Shown in pieces: positions 22,013-34,459 of a DNA stretch of 64,000 nt. The stretch's first letter is position 1, and the number at the start of each line of letters is the position of its first letter. The notes below the pieces were generated by a model, which was given only the letters and a program-made list of their open reading frames with translations, made no database searches and was not told the DNA's origin. The position numbers were made by a program, and so were the translations under genes. This DNA comes from Novakomyces olei (lineage: Eukaryota), in NCBI GenBank assembly GCA_016906335.1, contig JADEYG010000002.1, forward strand, positions 496,001 through 560,000, written 5' to 3'.

Positions 22013-24559
22013 GTAGGCCTCTTGTTTTGAATGCAAAGGTAATCTATATTCAAAACTAATTAAGAGGGAAAAAATTTAGATTAAAAATTTAAGAATGATA
22101 AAACGAAGTGTTATATATTACTATGCCTGTATAATTCATTGGACAGTACTCCCGCCTACAATAGTATTTGCAAAGACCAACAAAGACTAACCATTGATAT
22201 AGTAATAAAGAACCTTTAAATGTCTTGAGGACGAGCTCAGACGCAAAAGGGAACAATAACTTGAGACAAGATATCAAGCCTTGTGACATTTACAATAATT
22301 AAAATTTAGATAGCGAAATGTAACAAGATTTGTTTTTCAAAAAAGAGAGGCCGTCAGGATATGTGTGCAATGCATTCAATCGATTTAAAAGACCCATTTT
22401 TTGCTCCTGGCTGCGGATATAACTCAAGGAAGTAGTATCGAAAAGCGCCGAAAAAGTCGCAAAGGCCTCAAAGGTGCTCAGTGCGACCTCGACATGTGCG
22501 GTGGTTTTTTGTTGTCTTTCGACAGTTTCACTGACATGCCTAAAGTGGAAATATAGTGGATTTGAGGAATTTTGGCGTTTTGTGATTGGTGGAATAAGCT
22601 TTCAACCTTAATGGCCCATTCACATAAGTAATGCCAGTATAGTGATCTACAGCCAAATCATCGCGTATTATTAGCATACTCCGTTCAGTAATACATATTT
22701 TCCTCTGTAATATCGTGAAAAGGCTTATTGGTAATATGAGCCTGTTCTCCGCTTTTGGAAAAGTCCACGCTTCTTTTGCGCCATGGCATAAAAAAAATTC
22801 GCTTAAGCTTTTTATTCGCTTATGCTTATTTTGGGCGGTTTTATTATTATCATGCGGTACTTGGGCTTGTGATCCTTAAAAGTCGCTCTATCAACCGCCC
22901 CAAAAATGATTATTACTTTAATCGGTAATTTGTATTATAACTAATTACGAACAATCATATCGTATATCATTATGAGAATTTACATTGGTCAGTTAACACT
23001 ATTAATTATTGGCTGAGCAAGAAGATAATTGATCTGAACGCAAAACGCAAAGTGCGTTTCATGCGATTGATGCGTATTCATCTTTTTATTCATTCTTTTA
23101 TGCTCTTTCGATTAGCTGATTAAGGATATACTCCTACATATACAATGTCTGTAATATACCTTACAATACCTCCTCAGAATAATCATCGTACAGAAAATTA
23201 TTGATACACAGGTCTTATACATGTACAAGAAACCTTGTAAAAAGACTGGTACCAAATTTCGATACCGCAGGTAGAATTTCATGATTCCTCAACAAGTAGA
23301 CACGCCGGTCTGCTGCTCCAGGTAATTATCTCATTTAAAAGTGCAAGACTTATTCCTTGTGTAGTACTCTCTGTACGAAAAATGTACAATCAAATCAAGT
23401 AAAGTAAGGCCGGAACATTCACAGATATGAATCGGAAAACGGCCGCAGTGCTCATTGTATTCATGATCAATTACAAGTAACCTAGGTGAAGCAGCCTATT
23501 TATAAGTAACATCGAAGCCCCACAAGCTAGCCGCAGCAGATTATGATCAAGTAATTTTCGTGCAGAGGTCTAATATTAGAAGTGGATCCCCAAAAATAGA
23601 TTCCAGAACCAGTCTACTTTCCAATACAGTAATAAATTCGGAAAAAGTCCAGACAAAATTACAATGACACGCAGCTGGCAAGTAGGGCACTTGTCTCACG
23701 AATGAAATTTGCCACCTCGCTAAACCAGAAGCGTAAAGAGAATTGATGCCATTACTACGTATCGAGTGCGTACTGTGATTAATATAGAATTATACTTGAA
23801 ACTTGTTTGATCAAGATGTAATAATATTTGTAGTATTCTATATAGGACATTGCTCGTATATACGCCAGTCGAATTAAATCTCTGCGTGAATTTACACACG
23901 TGACTAGATTAGGGTTTTCTGCCAAGCGCTCCGCCATACTGAGGCGCCGTATTTCGAGATTGTGTTTACATTGTCAGTATACGTATTCGCAGCATTTGTT
24001 ACGGAGAACGTATCAGTAGAAACACAAAACTTCGCTTGTTTGTTATTGAGTACACGGAATTAAGCGTTTAATCTTCGCGGTCAGATTGCCTGGCATTTGC
24101 TCGAAATTGACTTGCGCTGGTGAAGTCGCGCGATCATTAAAGTGCAAGGTTGAACGGGAAACAGGAGCCTTTTCATTTTGAATTTTCGTCGTTTGCAATA
24201 CAAAACGGCTCAACTCTGATCTGCCGTCAGCAAGATCTTTTCCACATTGTCCTGTGACATCACTTTTCTCGAAGAATTAAGCAATTACAGTCATTATTGA
24301 TTTGCTCTAGCGCTTTAAAGACGCGTCCGTTTTATATTTACGCTCTCTACGATTTCGTTTAGCTCAGCACTCTTTAACGGGCAAAACCAAATCACTAGTT
24401 CTTTTTCATTCTCTTTTGGTCCTTGTCTTGTACGGGTTTTGGAGAGAAACTTTACCGTCTGTGCCACTTAGTTCTAGACTTCGTCTTGCTTGGAATACGC
24501 TGAGTTTGACTCTACCCGCTGCCTTATCTTGTTGTTGCCGAGTATAATTTCACATCAAT

Positions 24560-25573
24560 ATGCGCCGTACTTGGGCAATAGCCGGACTTTTTGTGTTGGT
24601 GTGCTTAACACTTCTTGTCAATTCTCTTTTCACGTTGATTACGCTTCTGTTTGAAGACTGTTCTACGGATGCAATTCAGCCTATCGAAATTCCCGCACCA
24701 AACTCGAGCCTGATTGATGTGAGACCGCAGGCGATTCCTAAAATTATTCACCAAACATGGAAAAACGAAACAGTGCCCCAAGTCTGGCAGGCAGCACAGC
24801 AATCGTGTATTGATTTGCACAGTGATTACGAGTATATTTTATGGACGGATGCTAAATCAAGAGAATTTATCTCCCAAGAGTATCCCTGGTTCCTTTCTCA
24901 GTTTGACGCTTACAAGTACCCGATTCAACGGGCCGATGTTATCCGGTACTTTGTTCTCAATCATTACGGAGGCATTTATATCGATTTAGATGATGGCTGC
25001 CAACGAAGAATGGATCCACTACTGAGCTACAATGCCTGGCTGCGCAAGACTATCCCCACCGGTATCTCTAACGATGCTATGGGCTCTGTTCCTAATCATC
25101 CTTTTTTCACAATGGTCATCTCGTCTTTGAGGGTTTATGCGCGCGACTGGAAACTGCCTTATTTAACGGTTATGTTTTCTACTGGGCCCTTGTTTCTGAG
25201 TGTAATTTGGAAGGAATATATTCGCGCCGGACACACGTCTGATGCAGAACGTGTAAGGATCCTTATGCCTCAGGAATACAAGTCTCAGCCTTGGTCTTTT
25301 TTCGTTAGTTATGTCGGCTCTTCCTGGCATAGATCTGATGCTAATTTCGTGTTTTGGATGGGAGACCATTGGCTGCTGTTGGTTTTTGTCGGGTTTTTGC
25401 TTGCCGGTCTAATTGGCGCGTTTGTTTACACTGTTCACCGCAGTATTACTCACGGAGACGTGTTTTTACGGCTTCGTAGGGCCGGTAGATTCTTGGCTAC
25501 TCGACCACTTTCACCATTAAGGCGGCAGTATACCCGTCTTCAGAACCAGCGCGAGTTTAAAGAAGTTGCTTAA
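24560..25573 (+). CDS. SUR1: Mannosyl-inositol-phosphorylceramide synthase (GT32; Sur1/Csh1/Imt family)
   Basis: IPKIIHQTWK, IQRADVIRYFVL.HYGGIYIDLD (DxD), T.PTGISND, STGPLFLS; N- and C-terminal TM segments. Confidence 0.92.
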   Translation: MRRTWAIAGLFVLVCLTLLVNSLFTLITLLFEDCSTDAIQPIEIPAPNSSLIDVRPQAIPKIIHQTWKNETVPQVWQAAQQSCIDLHSDYEYILWTDAKSREFISQEYPWFLSQFDAYKYPIQRADVIRYFVLNHYGGIYIDLDDGCQRRMDPLLSYNAWLRKTIPTGISNDAMGSVPNHPFFTMVISSLRVYARDWKLPYLTVMFSTGPLFLSVIWKEYIRAGHTSDAERVRILMPQEYKSQPWSFFVSYVGSSWHRSDANFVFWMGDHWLLLVFVGFLLAGLIGAFVYTVHRSITHGDVFLRLRRAGRFLATRPLSPLRRQYTRLQNQREFKEVA

Positions 25574-26730
25574 GAGCTGGGAGGAAGTTTATTATAAACC
25601 GAGATGGAAGAAGGAACGGAGAAAAGAAAAGCCGAGATAGAGGAAAGGCTTTTTTTGTTTGGGACATTGCTATACTATTGCATCAACAGTTGCAACAAAT
25701 CGCCAAAGTTCCCGCCAGAGAAAAGCCGTTTCTTTTTCAATTACAACCTTTTCTTTGTATTTATCAATTTTGTATAATAGTTTCAGGTGGACATTGTTAT
25801 TATGTCCAGTCGTCAGGAGATTTTGATTCGATCAGAGTCTTTAATTAAAAAAAAAAAAAAAAATTCACTATGAAGAATTCCTTTACTATTCAAAAAATGA
25901 AACAAAATTTGTTTATCGTCAATCAGCAATTATGAAAATTAATGTATTCGCGTCTGGGCTCTGTGTTTACTTTTGCCATTTGTCATGAGCATTTGCCTTT
26001 TAACCCTCATTTGCAATAACTTGATAAACACATCCTTAGCTGGATTTGGGTTCATCGCAACTTTGCACTGCGTTTATTTGCTGGCCAAATAATCTTTTTG
26101 TTTTCTATGATTTTTTATCGGATATTTGGCTTTTAATGCCCCTGCATGTACTCTTATCATCATTTTTTCCAGTTTAGGCAGCTATATGCCTTTTTATGAT
26201 TTAAATGATTCCTCTAATATTTTATTTTATTTTGTGTTTATTCGGTTGGAATAATGAACCGCTATTCGATTAAAGAGGTTTATACCTATCGCGGAACTTT
26301 CGCTAAACAAAGGAAATGCAGTCAACGGTGCTGTACTTGTACAATATATAGTAATATAACCAACGTCATTATAGTAAAGCTTGTGTATATAAAATCAAAC
26401 AAATCCGTATATTTCATAAATGGACATGCGCAAAGTTTTTTTTTTAAATGTAATAAAACAAGTATGTTGAATCAAATCTCGTATTGCCATTAACCCTAAA
26501 TAATAGGCCAGAATTGACGAATCAAAAACACAACAAATATACGCCCAAGTACATTCAAAAATGAGAACTAAACCAATTAAAATAAAAATATCATGTATAA
26601 AACTCTATGTATAATCCCCCGTCATGTACTTTAGATATGCTAGTGCTCGGGTAAAAAAAAAGGACAAATGAAAATACTTCTAGGCTCCGAGCTTGTCTTT
26701 CTCTTTAAACGATCACTCAAGTCTCATTCG

Positions 26731-29142
26731 TCAAGGATGAAAAATTCTAGGCAGGCTGACGCTGCTTGCCCCCGAAAAACCAATCTGCGCAGTATTATTC
26801 CCCCCTATATCTGGCTGATATAAGGCCGGTTGTTGGCTATAAATCTCCTGCTTGGCCAGCTCCTGATTGACAAGACTATGTGGGATAAAAATAGAACCTC
26901 GTTGTTCGTGCTGGTGGTAATAGCTGCCCCCAATATCCATGCTTGGAGGCGGATTAAGAGGTCCACGATACCGAACTCCAGCAGCTCCAGATCCTTGGCG
27001 CAATTCGTACGGTTTATATGGTGGAGCTGCTGCCATCATAAACCTCATTTCGTCCGGCGGACAAAGATTCACATGTGTTGGAGGCGATCTACCATTTACA
27101 ATAGTATTTGTAAAGTAGAAAAGCGGAGCAGGCTGAGATATTGTGTGCGAAAGTGGCGGCCGTACCTTTGCGAATTGATCGTCTGTAATGCATGGCAATC
27201 TAGGGTTTTCTTCCGAAGCCAGAAATGAAGGTCTATGGTTTTCTCCCGCAGTCAGGTATGGCGCAGGGGGTAGAGTAGAAAACCCTGATGGTATTGGAGC
27301 AGGCGCTGAATAAGCAGAGGCTGCAGAGCTGAACGGACTGCCTGCTTCGCGTCTACGTTTTCCCTGTGTAAACCCTGGCTCCGATTCAGTAACCATCCAC
27401 GACATAGATGAAAGTCCTCGAGACAATGGTACACTGCTGTCTGGACCCAAGCGTTTCTTGCCCCTTTGTGAATCCTTGTATAACTCCCGCGAGAGCAACT
27501 GTGTATCCGCCCGCTGTGATCGATTATGAGCGTTTGTATCGCTATTACTATTATTAGTCGTATTTAAAGACAGAGGATTTTGCTGAGGGAAAAAACCTGC
27601 AAGAGAATTGTAAGCCCGGGGAGGAGGCACTTGACCTGGTGAAGAAGTTTTAGCGCAAGTTAAAGGCGGTAGAGAAATTATTTCTTGGCCAATGACCTCG
27701 TTTAACCCTACAGCCTCTGAGGCCGGAGTCAGTACAGAAAATGCACCTGTTCCAGGTGCAGAGTGCCTCTGTGGTGCATCAGACATAGATACAGGGTAAT
27801 TTTTGTCCGTATCATTTCCGCCATTTCTATTTCTGTTCCCATTTCCACCAACCGCTTCCTCATCTTTCTTCCGATTAGTCACAGCTGCCGGTAATTGTGA
27901 CATATTTAACGCGTAAAAAGACCCTGGAGAAGTATGCTGGGCCCTCCAAAAAGCTCCAAAATTGTCTAACAAGAGGCTCCATTCGTCCCACTGATCAGGC
28001 GAAACAAACAAATCGTATTTCATATTGGTAAGAAACTCTGTCTCCATAACAAGCAACTCTCGAATATTCAGAGTCGTCACATCGGACCAGGTTTTGTTTG
28101 TATACGTATTATCATCCATATACTTGTTGCCCAGCATAAGCGCAACTGTAAGCAATCTATACTCTGAGCCCAGCATGCCCCTTACTTGAACGTTCATTTT
28201 TTTCAATCGCCAAACATAAAGAAGAGCAATGCAGACGACTGAACTTGAGACCTGTGTAGTCCTTAAAACATCTCTTGTCCACTCTACAAAATCTGTACGC
28301 GGCAAGGAATCGTGACTTGGAGATACAAGTTTAAAATGCGCTCCTTCCTGGTACGAGGCAGCTTCTTGCAGGACATGAAAAGGCTCAAACCACAGGAAGC
28401 AGACCATTTGTGAGCAAAAAGTCATCAATCTCGGAGACGGAAGACTAAAAGCTGGTCCTTGACCTGAAGATGAAGCTGATCCATCGAAGCCAGTTGCCAG
28501 GCGAGATTGGTTAGGGGCGAGTGTGCTTGTAATCAATGAAGGCTCTTCCACATGATGATTATTGACTTCATTTGAGGGTAAAATTGTTGTCGGAATCGGA
28601 TGATAAGGGTGCTGAACGGAGCCATGGTTTTGTAAGCCATTACTAGCCTTAATATTGCCTGTATTATTCGGCCAAATTGGCCCAGTTTGTGATGACAAAG
28701 GTGGCAACTGGTTCATTCGCTGACCTTCGAACGGAGTAGAGGAAAAAGAATGTGGTAATTCAAATCCTGGGTTTACCGAATACAATCCAGGAGCCGCTTT
28801 GGTTTTGTGAGAGCCGGTAGAGGAAGACGGAGACAAAGAAATTATCGGGATTCCTGTAGGCAAAGCACTTGCATACCCACGATCTTGTGAGCCTGGAAGA
28901 GGAAGCGGAAGTGGCGAAGATGATATTGAGATTGAAGACGAGGATGATTGAGGAGGAGGGTGTAAATGGTTCCGTAGATTGTAATGGTGACGCTGCTGAG
29001 ACTGAAAGTCGAATGCTGTATGCTGATGATCTGATCGGGGCGTTAATACGGATATTGATGGAGGTGAAAGTTCCGGCTTGCCTCTCGCGCGTTTTGAAGA
29101 TTTGTTTGAGCCGAAAGAACGACCCGTGCCTTGAAGAGGCAT
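26731..29142 (-). CDS. Pho85-type (Pcl/Clg1/Mug80-like) cyclin with long disordered flanks
   Basis: Cyclin box TTQVSSSVVCIALLYVWRLK...GSEYRLLTVALMLGNKYMDDNTYTNKTWS...METEFL; 803 aa intronless ORF. Confidence 0.88.
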   Translation of the reverse strand: MPLQGTGRSFGSNKSSKRARGKPELSPPSISVLTPRSDHQHTAFDFQSQQRHHYNLRNHLHPPPQSSSSSISISSSPLPLPLPGSQDRGYASALPTGIPIISLSPSSSTGSHKTKAAPGLYSVNPGFELPHSFSSTPFEGQRMNQLPPLSSQTGPIWPNNTGNIKASNGLQNHGSVQHPYHPIPTTILPSNEVNNHHVEEPSLITSTLAPNQSRLATGFDGSASSSGQGPAFSLPSPRLMTFCSQMVCFLWFEPFHVLQEAASYQEGAHFKLVSPSHDSLPRTDFVEWTRDVLRTTQVSSSVVCIALLYVWRLKKMNVQVRGMLGSEYRLLTVALMLGNKYMDDNTYTNKTWSDVTTLNIRELLVMETEFLTNMKYDLFVSPDQWDEWSLLLDNFGAFWRAQHTSPGSFYALNMSQLPAAVTNRKKDEEAVGGNGNRNRNGGNDTDKNYPVSMSDAPQRHSAPGTGAFSVLTPASEAVGLNEVIGQEIISLPPLTCAKTSSPGQVPPPRAYNSLAGFFPQQNPLSLNTTNNSNSDTNAHNRSQRADTQLLSRELYKDSQRGKKRLGPDSSVPLSRGLSSMSWMVTESEPGFTQGKRRREAGSPFSSAASAYSAPAPIPSGFSTLPPAPYLTAGENHRPSFLASEENPRLPCITDDQFAKVRPPLSHTISQPAPLFYFTNTIVNGRSPPTHVNLCPPDEMRFMMAAAPPYKPYELRQGSGAAGVRYRGPLNPPPSMDIGGSYYHQHEQRGSIFIPHSLVNQELAKQEIYSQQPALYQPDIGGNNTAQIGFSGASSVSLPRIFHP

Positions 29143-29584
29143 ATCAAAAGTTCAGCTTACTGTATCACGGGCAAATTGATCTCGATTCTCTTCGTCTGTC
29201 GATCTGATTTTTCTGCTAAAGAATAACCATGCAACTGCCGCTCTTTCCTATCTTTGCTTCTGCTGTGTTGAGATTGAAATTGAGTCAGAGTATTAATTGA
29301 GTCTGCCCAGTTTCGCCAAAAGGTCCATGAAGATTAATCGAAACAGGCAAAAATTTACACACTCGTTGTGCTCTTGTTTTAATCCTCAACAAGCTGTAGT
29401 CGAAAGATTCGTTTGCTTGCTTGGAAGGAATAAAATATAAAACCGTAAAACCTTTTTGCTCCGGCCGGTTTGATTTCAGACTTGTGCTTTACAAACCTTA
29501 CTACCTTTTCCTCCTTTTCAAAAAAAAAAAAAGCCAGAATAATCCAAGTACAACCAAAAAAAAAAAAAAAAAAGACGGTGTAGC

Positions 29585-29651
29585 AGAGACTAAAGAGACT
29601 CAAGATTCAAGAGACTCAAGACTCAAGAGACTCAAGAGACTCAAGGGACTC
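29585..29651. repeat. Imperfect (AAGAGACTC)n 7-9 bp tandem repeat
   Basis: Directly visible upstream of the cyclin gene. Confidence 0.85.
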
Positions 29652-30388
29652 CGCAATATAAAAATTCAGTGAACCTCGTCAAATGCTATTTTTAAAAGGC
29701 TCTAAACATCAAACGTATAACAGAATTCCGCTTGATTTAACCATAAAAAAGAGGGAAGAATAGAAGAAAAATACAGAGGGAGTGTAGAGGCTCAGAGCAG
29801 TCTACAGCAGGCTGAAGGCTGATATTAAATGATCGAATTTGCCTTACCGTACGCTCTGCCTCCTGCTCTTACGCCCAAATCCAGTTTTTGGCTGGCTACA
29901 GTATGTATTATACGCTGACCGTATTATATGTACAAAGTTTGTATTGGCGCCCGTGCATTATACTGCGTGCAGTATACAAGTAATTTACTTGAACGTAAAA
30001 CAGTGACGTAAATTATAGACTTTATATTATATAAATCCGTCTATGTAATCAAGCGAGCGCATGTTCTAAATGTTATTATTAAGGGCAAAAGCCAAACTCA
30101 AATTTAACAGCCGCACAAAAGTCACAAGTTACTATGTATAAAGAAGAAAAAGGCTCAAATGACTCAAACGTTGTAAGCCAATAATTTCCAGCCAATGGCA
30201 AAAGAATGAGAGAGAATGTAAGCATTTCAATCAAATTCAAACAAGAAGCAAGAAGAATACTTGCGCCTTGTCATGACGTAAAGTGAGATTTGAATAGGAA
30301 CTTATTAGCTGCATTCTGCTCATATACAAAAGACCAGGGACATGATTGGTTTTAATCACAATTTTTTTTGTTTAATTCCGTTGTTGAT

Positions 30389-33300
30389 TTAGAATGGTGA
30401 ATTAACGATATTGCTCCTTTGCACACGTTCACGAACGGGCGTCGAAAGAATACTGTGGCGAGTCGCTTTGCGAAGACTGCGTTTTCCCAAAACGCCAACG
30501 TCATTGGGAAGAGCGACAATGACGTTTTGATCAGTTCCAAACTGGAAATCGTCCGCTTTGACCTTGATTGTTAGGAACGGAGTTGCAAGCGTTGAATAAT
30601 TGTAATGCTAATTAAAAAAGAAAATAATGAAAACATTGATGACTAGATAATGACATATCCGTTCAGAAACGGGATGAATACAGCCGATCATTAATTGAGG
30701 CGTAATTTACACACACAAGACACGAATAAAAGAAGCTCAGAGAATTAAAATTGAACAAAACAAAACACAAACAAAATCACCATAATCATAACAACAAGCT
30801 AAACTCCTAAAAGAGGCATAAAACCGTGGTTAACGTACATTCTCCTCATAGCGTTTAATTTTGTACATGTCGGCCTTGCCCAATTTTGCGCGTTCGAAAT
30901 CCCACGATATTACATATGGGCCCACGCTTGTAACGATAGTCTTTTCCTCCGTATTGGGGCCTTGATTGAATTTTGCCGGTGTAAACCGCATAGCATCCCG
31001 GCCAAATTCACCCTGCATCATGGCAATATGATTCGGACTGTTGTTAGTACGATAGGGAAGAAAAAAAGCACGTAGCCATGCAAGGGGGAAAAAGAAAGGA
31101 AAAAAGTGAAAAAGAACGAGAATGACTATTTTTTCATTTTATATCTCCCACCTCAACTGCAACCGTTTCGGTCTCGGTTTCGAGTCCCGGCTGAACGAGG
31201 CTTGGAATCCGGTACGGCCTTGGTTCCTGCCCTCCTTTATACTCGCATCAATCAAAAGCAGATAAGTTCGACACGTGGCAAGAACCCAGCGGCCGTCAGC
31301 AGTAACATCGAGCCCAATAATAGGCTCTCCCAGGGCTGGTAATGCAGTCTTTGCGTTTAACCCTAATCGATCAAACAGCCTAACGTCTCCCTTATTACTG
31401 GCCACGGCAATCCAGCCCTGCTCAGTCGTACTTGTCGCACTAAACTCGTTCTTTGTAGCGTACTGTTTAAACTGGGCGTCAACCAGCTTGTTCCCCGACA
31501 ATCGAGGATCAATGCGGAAAAGCGAGTTATGGCCCATTCCCAGCAGAGTTTGCTCCGCCGTACTCTGAGCAAATTTGCTGTTTGGCGCATACGCAACCAC
31601 ATCACGATTATCGTCCACTTTCCAGTCATCAACGATTCGTCCAGTTTCCAAGTCCATTCGGTATAGATGGTGAGGATCATTAGGGTTTTGAAGGACCATT
31701 GCCCTGTCGGCCTCATGTAGCATTACTTTACTAGGCTCAAAGTCAATTCCACTCGGGGTCTCAATCTTGCTGATTGCAGTTACAAATTTCAGTTTGTTTT
31801 GCTTTGTTTGCTTAAAGACTCCAATCTTGTCGCCACGAACGACAAAAGTACGATCGTTTACATGGCCTACTGCTAACTGAGAATTCTCATCTGCTTTCTT
31901 GGCCTGAAGCAACGAGGCGCCGCCTTCTTCGTCAGACGAGTAATAATCCTCGTCTCTTTCAGCAGGAACAAATCCGGACGACTCGTCTTCACCTTCCTCT
32001 TCCTCTTCCTCTCTCCTTTGCTCCTCTTCCTCATTATCCGTTTCCAGAATATCTGCCATCTCCTCGTCGTTGTAAGCATCCCGCACATACTCCTTGTCCG
32101 TATCCTTGACACTGATCCATTTAGCCTTGTTCAATGTTTCCCAAAGTGCCTTCATAATACCCGCCTGAAACTCTTCCATAAACTCGGCAGTGGGGAACCG
32201 TAGCAGCCAGGAATAAGCCCTGTCATCGCTGTCATAATAGTTCCAAATAAAACTTTTGTGCTCAAAGGAAAAAACAGGGTTGATATCGGTCTCTAACGGC
32301 TGAGCCAACCATCGCCGAGGCTCTGGCCCAGCGGTATTGCCTGTTTCAGACGTTTCGCTGGTCAAATCGAGTGCGGTTATATCCAACCAGAATCGGAAAT
32401 TGCCTTCATTGCTTACAATCGCCCTTACGCGTTTGTCTTGCAGCATAAAAACTGCGTCTGCTGCATCAAAGAGATGCAATTCTGCCTCCACATCACAGTA
32501 GTAAGTCTCCTCTTGAAGATCGCTTGCACTTGCGCCTGAACCGGCTTTTGCTGATGGATCATTAACTTTAGCGGCCAAAGATCTCGGTGGGGTTGCTGCT
32601 GGGGGCGCCACTGTATGCTGCCGAGCAGTCTTCTTCTTCGATTTTGAGGGCGTTGTTGGATTCCCGGTAGGAGAGTGCCTTTCCGGTGAAGAAGGGTGCT
32701 CTTGCAAAGACGCGACAGACGAGCTGCTTGGGCCATGGTGGGGCACGTACTGGCCGGCTCTAATTATCAGTTCTGAATTGGCACATATGGAAGTAGGAGC
32801 AGATAAATAGACATCAAAGGCAAAAAACGAGCGCAAAAAAATTTATAGAATTAAAAACCAAAAAATTTAAAAATAAAATGTTCAAAATATAGCAACATAA
32901 TCTAAACGGAAATTGAATGGTAGAGAAAATGTAGCAAAAGAGCAAAGAATATGACAGAGTAAGAGGAAAAATTTAGCTGGAAGTATTCCAATATCGGCAT
33001 CTCTTACTTTACAAGATAACTATTCAGATCTTCATCTGTCGCTTCCTCATGAGGGCGTTTTGTGTCGCGTTCAAAAATGCACTGCAGTGCAACCATTTCA
33101 AAAGACGCGGTGAGCGATGTGCTCACATCGGGAGAACAAACAAACTCGAAAACGTCACCTTGATCCTTGACTATTAGTTTTTTCCAGAGTTCGATCTATC
33201 TTACGCCATAGAGATCGTCCCACGCGAATACTACACAGTCATCATTGAGGCCAGAACGAAAATGAAGTGACTGATCAAGAAGAAAAGTTCTCTCGTCGTG

Positions 33301-33847
33301 CTCTAAATAGTTAAATAAAGCCTTTGTTACGTTTCATTTTGTCTATAATAAAATTCAATTGAATTATGCTTGTTTTGCATAAAAGAGCGCATACCCTCCA
33401 ACTCGTCCGCAGAGTCATCGTTTAAATTGGCTTCGCCTTCGTCATACGCTCGCTGAACCACTAAATGAAAATTATGACTGTACGCAGTGCGCCGAATACA
33501 GGCGGCCGCGTCTTTGAATCTTGAAATTAGTTTTGCGCGCGTGTATTGAATACGACATTGCAAAATAGAAAAATAGAAATTAGACAGCCAAACAAACAAC
33601 AAATAAACAACCAGAATAGAGAACAAAAGGCAAACAAGCATTTGGAATTACATGCACTCCGAGTAAGATTTCGGAGAGGACGGTCGCACAAGAAAAAGCT
33701 GGCCACTAGGGATCTGGACAATTTCTGACTTGTTGGGATCACCCCATATCATACGCCTAAACAAAGAAAGCAAAGGTTAGCGCTCTCGTCTTTAGATCTT
33801 TGCTGTGTAAAGCGGTTGAAGTACCCGAGACTCTTGAGCATAAACAT
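30389..33847 (-). CDS. VID27: Vacuolar import and degradation protein Vid27, 8 exons
   Basis: MFMLKSLGRMIWGDP...IPSGQLFLVRP, acidic linker, NSQLAVG..DRTFVVRG, AKTALPALGEPIIGLDVTADGRW, ending SNIVNSPF-stop at 30389. Confidence 0.93.
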
Positions 33848-34459
33848 AGTTTTAACGCGCCCCGTCGGCACTGAAACAGTTAGTCGAGCGCAATATTTAT
33901 GTGTGTAAACGAAGTGTCTCCTGTAACGTGGAGACAAACAAAATAAGTGTTCTTAACATTTTATTATCAGTTTACTGATATCGGTTATAAAGATGCAGTA
34001 AATTTTTGATTATGAAATCACATTGTCTTTTTCCTGCGTACGTCACAATATTATTTATTCATTGTTTTTTATTGGTATTATTGTTTTCTAGATTTCATAT
34101 ACAACATGGGTACAGCAACTTGATTCTGCTTTTACAAGACTGAATCCCGACCGTTAGATTACTTGAATCTTGTGATATTATATATCCATGTTTGCGGTTG
34201 ACGTTCCACGATTTTAATTTTACGAAATTACTCGCTTATTCATAAATAATACGTATATTCTCTTTTGGATACTAACGTTCTACCAAATATAGTCGGGCAA
34301 ACGATTAAATCCAAATCAAATTTAAATTGTGCTGGTTCGTGGTATTTCTTGAAAAGTCCATTTTAATATGGTACTCAACTTTTACACTTTAGTAAATAAA
34401 CAAAAGTATCAAGCGTGACAACAATAGTGTATGTGTATCATTCAATGTAGTCGTCTAAA

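Noticed and set aside
23905..23918. AACCCTAA as a possible telomerase RNA template
   Set aside because: Adjacent to a CACGTGAC E-box at the start of an AUG-free leader, so better explained as a promoter element; no pseudoknot or CR4/5 recognised.
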